From: an uncultured delta proteobacterium
GTDB taxonomy: Bacteria; Myxococcota; Myxococcia; Myxococcales; Myxococcaceae
Direction of reading: 5' to 3'
Assembly: GCA_963771175.1 (NCBI GenBank)
Contig: CAVYSY010000032.1
Coordinates: 512,001-576,000, forward strand
DNA length: 64,000 nucleotides
Below, in pieces: positions 48,714 to 58,168 of the stretch. Numbering within the stretch: the first letter of the stretch is position 1; every line of letters begins with the position of its first letter. The notes beneath the pieces were generated by a model, which was not told the origin of the DNA, made no database searches, and saw nothing but the letters and a program-made list of their open reading frames with translations. A program made the translations under genes and the position numbers.

Positions 48714-48766
48714 CGCCACCCTCCGTACCATGCCCGCGCCACCTCGGCCACCGCGGGCTGGGAGGC

Positions 48767-50007
48767 TCAGGCGCCCGTCGTCGGGGTGATGCCCGTCTCG
48801 GCTTCCTGCTTCGCCCGCTTGCGCTCGATGAGCCACACCGCCAGCACGCCCAGCTCGTAGCAGAGCAGCATCGGACCGGCCATCAGCGACAGGTTCACCA
48901 CGTCGCCCGTGGGCGTGAGGATGGCCGCCGCGATGAGGCACACCACGAAGGCGTGCCGCTGGTACTTCATCAGGAAGCCCGCCCTCACCACGCCCACCAG
49001 GCCCAGCAGCGCCATCACCAGCGGCAGCTCGAAGATGATGCCGAAGGACGAGCACGAGCAGCAGCACCAGCGAGAGCTGCTCGTTCATCGTCAGCATCGG
49101 CCGCGTCCACGCTCGCGCCACGTGGCGCGCCTTGCCCAGCGCCGAGCTCCTTCTCCAGCCGCCACAGCCCCGCCGAGCTCCTCGGCGCGCGTGGGCGCCA
49201 CCCCGGCCAGCAGGCTCGCCGCCTCGTCCAGGGCCTTGCCCGACGCCGCGTAGTCCTCCTTCGCGTACGCCTCCACCGCCTCCGCCCGCTTCTCCACCGC
49301 CTGCCGCAGCACGCTGCGCGCCGGCGCGCCGAAGCCGTCCGCCGCCGCGTCCACCAGCCGACCCAGCCCGTCCAGCCGCGCATCCAGCTCCACGCGCTCC
49401 GAGGGTGCGCCGCGAGGCCTCCCGCGTCTGCCCCACGCCGTCCGCCTTCAGCGCCGCGCTCGCCTCCTGGGCCAGCGCCCCCGCGCGCTCCGCGTCGCCC
49501 AGCCGCAGGAAGCGCAGCGCGTCGTCCGCCGCGCAGCCGCCCCACGTCCAGCCGCTGCCGAGAGCGCCGTGCTCTCCTCCTCGTTGAGGAGGAACTTGAA
49601 CATCGAGCGGCAGCACCACGAAGTAGCAGAAGAGCGCCCCCAGCCATGAAGGCCAGCGAGCCCATCGCCACGAAGGGCGCCGCGTAGCGCGCGCTCCTCC
49701 GGGTAGAGCCCCGGCGAGACGAAGCCCCAGATCTGCCAGAGGATGACGGGCGTCGTCAGGAAGATGCCGCAGTAGACGCCCACCTTCATCAGGACGTTGA
49801 TCTCCTCGATGCCCGATGTGTAGACGAGCGCGCGCCCCTCGGGCGGCAGCGCATCCAGCACCGGCTTCATCAGGAGCCCGAAGATGGGCTTGGCGAAGAC
49901 CAGCGCCGCGGTGCCCAGGATGAGCACCGCGGCCGTGCACCTTGAAGCAGGCGGGAGCGGAGCTCCGTCAGGTGCTCCGACAGACTCATCCGAAGTTCGT
50001 TATCCAC
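48767..50007 (-). CDS. tatC: Tat translocase subunit TatC with helical insertion (several frameshifts)
   Basis: MSLSEHLTELRSRL, QIWGFVSPGLYPEE, FELP, AAILTP..D and LCYELG motifs. Confidence 0.85.
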
Positions 50008-50025
50008 GGGCGCGAATCTCGAGGG

Positions 50026-50487
50026 CTAGCCGCTCTTCGGGGTGTTGCGAGCCACCGTGCCCGGAATGGGCTCGAGGCGGGGAAGCGCGTCCTGCTCCGA
50101 GGCTCCGGCGGCGGACGGCTCGGAGGTGGGAGACGTGGGGGACGGAGTGTCGGCGGCGGCGAGCTCGGGGCCCGGCGTGGCGGTCGCGGCCAGGGCCTGG
50201 GCGTCCGGAGCAGCAACCGGCTCGGCGGCGGGCGGGGCCACGGGGACCGGCGAGGGCATCGCGGCCGGGATGGGCGGGGAAGCTTCGGGCGCGGCTCGTC
50301 GAGGAACTCCTGGTCCATCTTGTAGAACTCGCGCTCCACCACGGTGCGCACCTCATCGGTCTGCCGGCGGAACTCGCGCACGAACTTACCGATGGCGCGC
50401 GCGAACTCCGGGCAGCCGCTGCGGCCCGAGGATGAGCAGCGCCGCTACCAGGATGAAAACCAGTTCGCCTGCACCGATGTTGAACAT
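50026..50487 (-). CDS. tatB: Tat translocase subunit TatB (frameshifted)
   Basis: MFNIGAGELVFILVAALLILGPQRLP and a Pro-rich tail. Confidence 0.85.
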
Positions 50488-50611
50488 GAGCGGGTGCTCC
50501 CAGAAAACCGCCCCGGGGTTATCGCGCCCTGGAACGCGGGGTGCAACCCGATTGGTCCGGCCCCTGTCCGTCTGCCCTACAATCAAGAGCGGGGCGTCGC
50601 GCCCCCGGTGC

Positions 50612-51857
50612 TCACGGCCGCGACGGCGCTCGCCCCCGCGGGACTCCGGCCGCCTGGTCGCGCTCGCGGATCCGACGCTCCACCAGGAAGAACATGACCG
50701 GCAGTGTGAGCGAGAGGGCGATCGACACCAGCACCACCTGGGTCATCCCGCCCAACTGCCCGTCCGGCAGGTCCGTCAGCATCTGCGAGGAGAGGAAGGC
50801 CCCGCTCGCGGCGCCCAGGTGCTGCACGGCCGACTGGAAGGACATGAAGCGCGCGCGGATGGCCTGCTCCGGCACCTTCGAGGCGAGCGTGCTGTAGGCC
50901 ACGTTGCGCACCCCGTTGGACAGGAAGAAGAGCGCGAAGCCGGCCACCAGGGGCACGCTGGCCGACGGCTGGATGAAGAGCACGTAGAGCGTGGCGATGA
51001 ACAGCACCACGCCCACCGTCCCCACCCGGAACGAGCCCAGGCGATCCACCGCCTTGCCGGCCATCCGCAGCGTCACGAAGCTCACCAGACCGCCGACGAA
51101 GTAGATGGCCTCGAGCTGCTCGCGCGGAGTGCCCAGGTTGTGCTGCACGTAGCCGGAGATGTTGGGGATGATGACGAAGCCCGCCACGTTGAGCAGCGCC
51201 GTCATCGGGTAGGACAGCAGCACGTCCGAGCGCCCGAGCAGCTCCCGCACGAGTCACGGCTTGGGCCCGCTGGCGCTCCAGGTGCCCGCGCATCGGCGGC
51301 AGGAAGAAGATGGCACCGGCCGACCAGCAGCAGGCCCAGGCCCGCCACGAGGAAGAAGGGCAGTGCGCCAGTCACCCCACTCGGGCCACCTTCAGCGCCA
51401 GGGGCACGCCCAGCACGGAGGCCACCGAGAAGGCCCCCATCACCGCTCCCATGGCCCGCCCGCGCCGCTCCGGAGGAATCAGGTCCGCGATGATGGAGAG
51501 CGACAGCGACGTGGCCGGGCCGCCGAAGAGGCCCGCCACCGCCCGCGCCAGCAGCAGCGTCGTCAGCCCCGTGGCCAGACCGCCCGCCGCCGTGCTCACC
51601 ACCAGCCCCAGCATCGCCACCGCCAGCGCCTTGCGCCGGTCGAACCGGTCCAGGAAGTAGCTGCCCGCCACCCCGCCACGCACGCCGCCGCCGTGTAGGC
51701 CGCCGCCGATGGTGCCGATGTGCGAGGTGGCGATGCCCAGCCCCGCGGCGAAGTCGGGCCCCAGCGGCATCACCATCACGAAGTCGAGGATGTTGACGAA
51801 CTGGACCGCGCCGATCAGGAAGACGACGGCACGCTCGGAAATGGCGCGGGAGGACAT
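50612..51857 (-). CDS. MFS transporter (frameshifted)
   Basis: [23 protein letters not shown] and [10 protein letters not shown] motifs with multiple TMs. Confidence 0.85.
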
Positions 51858-51865
51858 GAGCCTCC

Positions 51866-53924
51866 TCATACCTTGAAACGCCGGCTCTCGGCGCGAAGCA
51901 CTTCGGACTGCCGCTGCAGGCTGTCGATGGCCTCTTCCAGCGCCTTCACCGAGCGCGTCTGGTGGTCCGACACGCCCTTGATGGCCTCCACCGCCTTGAG
52001 CACCTGCTCGCTGCCCTTGGTCTGCTCCTTCTGGGCACGGTTGAGGTGGGTGACCATCTCGTTGATGTTCTCGATGGAGCGGGTGATCTGCTTGCTGCCG
52101 TGCGCCTGCTCCTGGCTGCTGCGCTGCACGTGCGCGGTGATGGCCTTCATCCGCTCGGCGCTCTTCATGATCTGCTCGCCGCCCTTGGCCTGCTCGTTGG
52201 AGGCCTTGGAGATCATGCTGCACCGTCTCGGAGATGCGGTGGATGGCCTGCGTCACCTGCTTGCTGCCGCGCGCCTGCTCCACGGTGGCCCGGGCAATCG
52301 CCTTCACCATCTGCGTGGACTTCTGCGCGCTGTCGTTGATTTTGCGCAGGGTGCCCTCCGCCTCGCGGCCGAGCTGCACGCCCTCCTCCGCGTTGCGCAC
52401 GCCCTGGTTCATCACCTGCACCGCGTTGCGGCTCTCGTCCTGCACGCGGCTGATGAGGTCGGCGATCTCCTTGGTGGACGCGCCGGTGCGCTCGGCCAGG
52501 TCCTTGATTTCATCGGCGACGACCGCGAAGCCCTTGCCGTGCTCGCCCGACTGCGCGGCGATGATGGCGGCGTTGAGCGCCAGCAGGTTCGTCTGCTCGG
52601 CCACGTCGTCGATGACGTTGAGGATGTTGCCGATCTCCGAGATGCGCCGGCCCAGGCTGTCGATGACGCCCGAGGCCGTCTGGCTGGAGCCCTTGATGCG
52701 CTCGAGGCCGAGCATCGTCTTGCGCAGGGCCTCCACGCCCGTCTGGGCGTCCTCGGACACCTGCTCGGACAGGCGCGCCGTCTCGTTGGCGTTGGCCTCC
52801 ACCTGCCCGATGGAGCTGTCCATCTGGCTGATGGAGGAGCTCGTCTCCTCGGTGGAGTCGCGCAGCTCGTCGATGTTCTTGGCGACCTCCTTGATGGAGA
52901 AGGTCATCTCCTCGATGGCGCTGGTGGTCTCCTCCACGCTGGCGGCCATGGCCTGGACGTTCTCCGCCACCTCGTCGTTGGTGGCCGCCATCTCCATGAT
53001 GGAGGAGCTGCTCTCCTCGGCGCTCTGGTAGAGCACCTCGACGTTCTCCGCGATACCGCGCAAGCTGGCCAGCATCTCCTCCATGGAGGAGGACGTCTCC
53101 TCCACGCGCCCCTGGATGGTGGAGGCACCCGAGGACACGGTGGTGCCGGCGCGAGAGAGCTGCTCGATGACGTTGGAGACCACCTCGGACACGCCGCGCA
53201 CCTGGCCGAGCGTCTTGCGCAGCGACTGGCCGATGCCGTCGAGCGCCTGGGCGAGCTGACCCATCTCGCCCCCGTCTTCCATCGCCACCCGGCCCGTCAG
53301 GTCTCCCTCGGCCATCTTGCGCGCCACCGCCATCATCCGATCCAACGGCCGGAGGATGAGCACGTGCGTGACGACGAAGATGAGCCCCATCACCAACACC
53401 AGGCCGATGATGAGGGCCGCCACCAGCAGGATGGTGAGCTTGCGCAGCATGTCCCGCAGGGGCGAGGAGTCCACCACCACCACGACCCGGCGCGGCGTCA
53501 GCTCGCCCGGTGACGTCTGCACCGCCTGCGTCACGAGCACGTCCCCATTGGGGATCTCCAGCGACGTGGGCGCCCCCGGTTGGGACACGCGCGAGAGCAG
53601 CGACTCGAGCCGCTCGGGCCGCTCGCCACCATCGAGGAGGACCTCTCCGGTGCCAGAGACGAAGGCGGCATAGGTGAAGTCCTTGTCCGATTCCGCCAGT
53701 CCACCCACGGCCCGCATGGCCTGCGTGTCCGATTCAGGATGGGCGAGGATGCTCGCGAGCTCCTGGGCCTTGGCGTGGCCATGGTCCAGGAACCGGGTCT
53801 CGAGGAAGTCCGAGACCATCCAGGAGATGGACAGGTGGAGGGCCCCGAGGACGAACGCCAGGGCCAGGGTGAAGGTGACAAAGAGGGCGACCCGGAGACC
53901 GGGTTTCTTCAGGCGTCGGAACAA
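51866..53924 (-). CDS. Methyl-accepting chemotaxis protein (frameshift near 52215, start approximate)
   Basis: Two TMs, HAMP, and [31 protein letters not shown]. Confidence 0.9.
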
Positions 53925-54074
53925 GGCCTCGGGACTGTAAGAAGGTTGAGCCTCGAAGGGCAAGAAACCGACAGTCCGGACCGGGACGCCCGCCCCTGAC
54001 TCCCGGCACATGGAGCGAGGAGGCAGGCACACGCGCCGTGTTCGCGCCATACTGCTTGGGTGGGAGCCCGCGCC

Positions 54075-55106
54075 ATGACCCAGACGCTGCTGCTGACCGA
54101 CCCTCTCTTCCTCCGGCACGATCCGGGCGCGGAGCACCCCGAGCGGCCAGCGCGGCTGGCGCGCATCCTCCACCTGCTCGACACGGAGCCCATCCATGGG
54201 ACCGAGCGGCGGACCCCTCGCCCGGCCACCGAGGAGGAGCTCGCCGCCGTCCACACGCCCCGGCTGCGCGCGTACCTCAAGGGGCTGCGCGGCCGACACG
54301 AGGTCATCGACCCGGACACGGTGACGTCGCCGGACAGCTACGACGCGGCGGTGCTGGCGGCGGGGGCCTCGGTGCAGGCGGTGGAGGAGGTGCTGGCGGG
54401 CCGGGCGCACAACGCCTTCGTGCTGGCGCGGCCGCCGGGGCACCATGCCGAGCCGGACCAGGCCATGGGCTTCTGCCTCTTCAACAACGTGGCCATCGCC
54501 GCGGAGGCCGCGCGCCGCCTGGGTGCCGAGCGGGTGCTCATCCTCGACTGGGACGTGCACCACGGCAACGGCACGCAGGCGGCCTTCTGGACGCGGCGGG
54601 ACGTGCTCTACATGTCCGCGCACCAGTACCCGTACTACCCGGATACGGGCGCGCCCTTCGAGGTGGGCGAGGGCCCGGGCGCCGGCTACACCGTCAACTG
54701 CGGACTGCCGGGGGGCGGGACGGACGCGGACTACGGGGCGCTCTTCCAGGACCTCTTCCTCCCGGTGGCCGAGGCCTTCCGGCCGGACCTCGTGCTGGTG
54801 TCCGCGGGCTTCGACGCGCACCACAGGGACCCCCTCGGCGACATGCAGCTCACCGAGCGCGGCTTCGCGGCCATGTGCACGGCCATGAAGGAGCTGGCGG
54901 GGAGCGCGTGCGGCGGGCGGCTGGTGCTGGTGCTGGAGGGTGGCTACTCGCTGGAGGGCCTCTCGCGCTCGGTACACACCTGCGTGGAGGTGCTCGCGGG
55001 AGAGACGAAGGACAGCTTCCCGGAGGGGGTCTCACGGGAGGCGGCGGCGGCGCTCCAGCGCAGCCGTGAGGCACTCAAGCGCTACTGGCCCGTGCCAGGC
55101 AGGTAG
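54075..55106 (+). CDS. Histone deacetylase family protein
   Basis: [32 protein letters not shown] and LEGGY motifs. Confidence 0.93.
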   Translation: MTQTLLLTDPLFLRHDPGAEHPERPARLARILHLLDTEPIHGTERRTPRPATEEELAAVHTPRLRAYLKGLRGRHEVIDPDTVTSPDSYDAAVLAAGASVQAVEEVLAGRAHNAFVLARPPGHHAEPDQAMGFCLFNNVAIAAEAARRLGAERVLILDWDVHHGNGTQAAFWTRRDVLYMSAHQYPYYPDTGAPFEVGEGPGAGYTVNCGLPGGGTDADYGALFQDLFLPVAEAFRPDLVLVSAGFDAHHRDPLGDMQLTERGFAAMCTAMKELAGSACGGRLVLVLEGGYSLEGLSRSVHTCVEVLAGETKDSFPEGVSREAAAALQRSREALKRYWPVPGR

Positions 55107-55157
55107 GCGAGGCCGAGGTGGAGACCCATATGACGACCGATGGTGTTGGGGTGAGAC

Positions 55158-55700
55158 GTGGATCGTGAAGCCGTGGAGAAGTTGCAGCGCGCGGGACTGA
55201 AGGTGGAGCAGCCCGAGATGCTCCGGGTGGCCATCCAGCGCGACGAGAACAAGAAGGTGATGACGCTGCGTGGGGAAGTGCCGGTGATGGGCAACGAGGG
55301 GCTGGTGCTGGTGACGCTCCAGCCCATCTCGAAGCTGTGGACGGGCTCGGCGGTGCCGCCGGACCTGTCGCGGACGCCGCCACCGCAGTACCAGCCCTTC
55401 CTGCTGCTGCTGGAGTCGACGGCCGCCAACTACTGCGCGGCCATCGGCAAGCCCGAGACGGATGACGAGTTCGAGCGGCTCTACCGCCAGCTCCGCCGCC
55501 GGCCGGACGGGGATGACCCGCACCCGCTCTTCTCGTACCTGCAGGGCGCGGTGCGCCTGTACCTGTCGCTGCGCGACGTGAGCCAGGCCGAGTTCGAGGC
55601 GGTGGTGAACCGGCTGAGCCAGTCGGCGAAGTGGCACTCCTCGCACGTGGGCAGCACCAACTACTACCGCGAAGTGCTCAGCGGGCTGTTCGGAGCCTGA
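55158..55700 (+). CDS. Hypothetical protein
   Basis: 180-aa ORF with high GC3 in an operon-like position. Confidence 0.7.
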   Translation: MDREAVEKLQRAGLKVEQPEMLRVAIQRDENKKVMTLRGEVPVMGNEGLVLVTLQPISKLWTGSAVPPDLSRTPPPQYQPFLLLLESTAANYCAAIGKPETDDEFERLYRQLRRRPDGDDPHPLFSYLQGAVRLYLSLRDVSQAEFEAVVNRLSQSAKWHSSHVGSTNYYREVLSGLFGA

Positions 55701-55730
55701 GCGCGCGAAGGAATTGAAAGGAGCTTGCCG

Positions 55731-56408
55731 ATGATCGACCTGTACACCTGGACGACGCCCAACGGGCACAAGGTGTCCGTCACGCTGGAGGAGCTGGGCC
55801 TGCCCTACTCGGTGCACCCGGTGGACATCGGCAAGGGCGAGCAGAAGCGACCCGAGTTCCTGAAAATCAATCCCAACGGGCGCATCCCGGCCATCGTGGA
55901 CCGCGAAGAGGGAGACTTCGCGGTGTTCGAGTCGGGGGCCATCATGCTCTACCTCGCGGAGAAGGCGGGGAAGCTGCTGCCGAGCGACCGCAAGGGTCGC
56001 TCGCGGGTGACGCAGTGGCTGATGTTCCAGATGGCGGGGGTGGGCCCCATGCAGGGGCAGGCCAACGTCTTCTTCCGCTACTTCCCGGAGAAGATTCCGG
56101 CGGCGATCGCTCGCTACCAGAACGAGACGCGGCGGCTCTACACGGTGCTCGACACGCGGCTGGGGGAGAGCGAGTACCTCGCGGGCGAGTACAGCATCGC
56201 CGACATCGCGAACTGGGCGTGGGTGCGCGTCCACGCGTGGGCGGGCGTGTCCATCGATGGGCTGGCGAACCTGCAACGCTGGCTGGCGGCCATCGAGCAG
56301 CGGCCCGCGGCGCAGAAGGGGCTGGCCGTGCCGCACGTGCAGAAGCTCGACACGGACGCGGACCGCGAGCAGGCCGTCAAGATGGCGCAGACCCTCGTGC
56401 AGCGGTAG
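55731..56408 (+). CDS. Glutathione S-transferase (YfcG/Nu-class-like)
   Basis: [23 protein letters not shown] and YSIADIA motifs. Confidence 0.9.
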   Translation: MIDLYTWTTPNGHKVSVTLEELGLPYSVHPVDIGKGEQKRPEFLKINPNGRIPAIVDREEGDFAVFESGAIMLYLAEKAGKLLPSDRKGRSRVTQWLMFQMAGVGPMQGQANVFFRYFPEKIPAAIARYQNETRRLYTVLDTRLGESEYLAGEYSIADIANWAWVRVHAWAGVSIDGLANLQRWLAAIEQRPAAQKGLAVPHVQKLDTDADREQAVKMAQTLVQR

Positions 56409-56706
56409 GCGCGGGCCGGGGCCACACGCCCGGGAGCAGCGTCGCGGGCATGATGCTCGCCACGAAGGTGGCCGTCCCCCCCTGGGGTCCCGAGCCATCC
56501 GAAGTAAGTCCGTGCGAGCGGAGGCCGCCGGACATGCGCTCGCGCAACTGGTCCGATGGCAGGGTTGGTCGGAATAGCGGATTGAGGCGGGTCGACGGGA
56601 GGGCATGGCGATGTCCTCCGCCTGTGCTCGGACCAGTTCGTGACGAGCGCGCCGGGAGGTCGGCGAGTCTCGAGGGACAGGGGACCCTCCGGACTCGATG
56701 TTGAGC

Positions 56707-56824
56707 AACTTGTCCACTTAAGAGCAGTCGATAAATCGGCTGGAGCCAGCCTGCCGCGCCAATGAATCCAAGCACTTAGCAGCTCCGCCGGGTAATTTAT
56801 CGATAGCTCTTTAGTGGACAAGTT
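56707..56824. repeat. 118-bp element bounded by 30-bp inverted repeats
   Basis: AACTTGTCCACTTAAGAGCAGTCGATAAAT matches the reverse complement of 56795-56824 at 27/30. Confidence 0.85.
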
Positions 56825-56891
56825 CGCGAACTTCGCGCCCGGATGGCCGGGGGTTCTCGGAGGACAGGACACCCCTCCGGGCTCGGTTCCG

Positions 56892-56922
56892 AAAAACCTG
56901 TCCGACAGTCGGACAGGTTTTT
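56892..56922. repeat. Perfect palindrome (myxobacterial REP-like)
   Basis: AAAAACCTGTCCGAC-A-GTCGGACAGGTTTTT. Confidence 0.85.
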
Positions 56923-57390
56923 GAAGAGCGCGGCCGGGAGGCCGACGTCTCTCGCGGGTCGTGGCCGGCCTGCGCGCGGTGCTGAGACGCTGGCGCTGTT
57001 CGTCGCCCCTGAAGGGACTCACGTCTGATGGCCTGATTCCGGTTTCCGCCGGAGTTCACCCTCACGTAGCCCGTCATCTCCACGTTCAAGCAGCACTGCC
57101 CCAGGTTCCACGCCACCACGCCCCACCTCCGTCCCCCCCAAGGGTCGCTCCCCCGGCGGAGACCCGCTCACCCGAAGACACCGCACGGGCCTCCCGACGA
57201 GCGAGCGCGCAGCCCGCGTCACCCGACCAGGCCCGTAAGCTCACCTCGCATCCAGCGCCCGACCCCCTGCCCCCTGGCGGAATCGCACTGTCCCAGGCAC
57301 GACGCGCGCGCCGCCTGCCGCACCGCGCCAATTCTCCTCCCCTCCCCCGCCCTTCCGTGGCAGGAAGGCCCCGACATCCGGAGGAGACAC

Positions 57391-58152
57391 ATGGCGGAGA
57401 TGAGCTATCGGACGGCGCTGGTGACGGGGGCCTCGAGCGGCCTGGGACGCGGGCTGGCGCTCTGGTTCGGCCGGCGGGGCGTCAAGGTGTACGCCGCGGC
57501 CCGGCGCCGCGAGAACCTGGAGGCGCTCGCCAACGAGGCCCGCGCGGCCGGAGCCACCGTGGAGCCCGTGGAGCTGGACGTCTCCGACGCGGACGCCACC
57601 CTCGCGCGCATCCGCGAGCTGGATGCCGCCAGCGGCGGGTTGGACCTCATCGTCGCCAACGCCGGCTTCGGCCAGGAGACGTCCGGCAAGCGCGTCAAAT
57701 GGGAGACGGTGAAGCAGACCATCGACGTCAACGTCACCGGCGCCGCCGCGACCCTCTGCGCCGTGCTGCCGCAGATGGTGGAGCGCAAGCGCGGTCACGT
57801 CGTGGGAGTGGCCAGCCTCGCCGCCTTCCGGGGCCTGCCGCGCAACGCCGCCTACTCCGCCTCCAAGGCCTTCCTCCACACCTTCATGGAGAGCCTGCGG
57901 GTGGACCTCAAGGGCACCGGCGTCAACGTCACCTGCCTCTATCCCGGCTTCGTGAAGAGCGAGATGACGGCGCAGAACAAGTTCAACATGCCCTTCCTCC
58001 TGGAGACGGAGGAGGCCGTGGAGCTGATGGGCAAGGCCATCCTGCGCGGGGAGGCCCAATACGCCTTCCCCTGGCAGATGGCCGGCATCATGGGCCTGGT
58101 GAAGAGCCTGCCCAACGCCCTCTTCGACGCCGCCATGCGCAAGGCGCGCTGA
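57391..58152 (+). CDS. Short-chain dehydrogenase/reductase
   Basis: TGASSGLG, ANAG, YSASK and PGFV motifs. Confidence 0.92.
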   Translation: MAEMSYRTALVTGASSGLGRGLALWFGRRGVKVYAAARRRENLEALANEARAAGATVEPVELDVSDADATLARIRELDAASGGLDLIVANAGFGQETSGKRVKWETVKQTIDVNVTGAAATLCAVLPQMVERKRGHVVGVASLAAFRGLPRNAAYSASKAFLHTFMESLRVDLKGTGVNVTCLYPGFVKSEMTAQNKFNMPFLLETEEAVELMGKAILRGEAQYAFPWQMAGIMGLVKSLPNALFDAAMRKAR

Positions 58153-58168
58153 CGGCCACGGCGCGCCG

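Noticed and set aside
47640..49940. 766-aa TatC-potassium channel fusion ORF
   Set aside because: Chance open frame across frameshifted tatC. The channel starts near 48713.
51372..54977. 1201-aa MCP-MFS fusion ORF
   Set aside because: Artefact of the frameshift near 52215 plus antisense read-through of the HDAC gene. The MCP ends at 51866.
56709..56822. DnaA boxes/oriC or dif site
   Set aside because: Only two TTGTCCACT near-matches, no dnaA context, and no XerC/XerD arm consensus.
56811..57331. Small ORFs or a known ncRNA in the GST-SDR gap
   Set aside because: No codon bias or motifs, one ORF simply reads through the palindrome, and I recognise no RNA family here.
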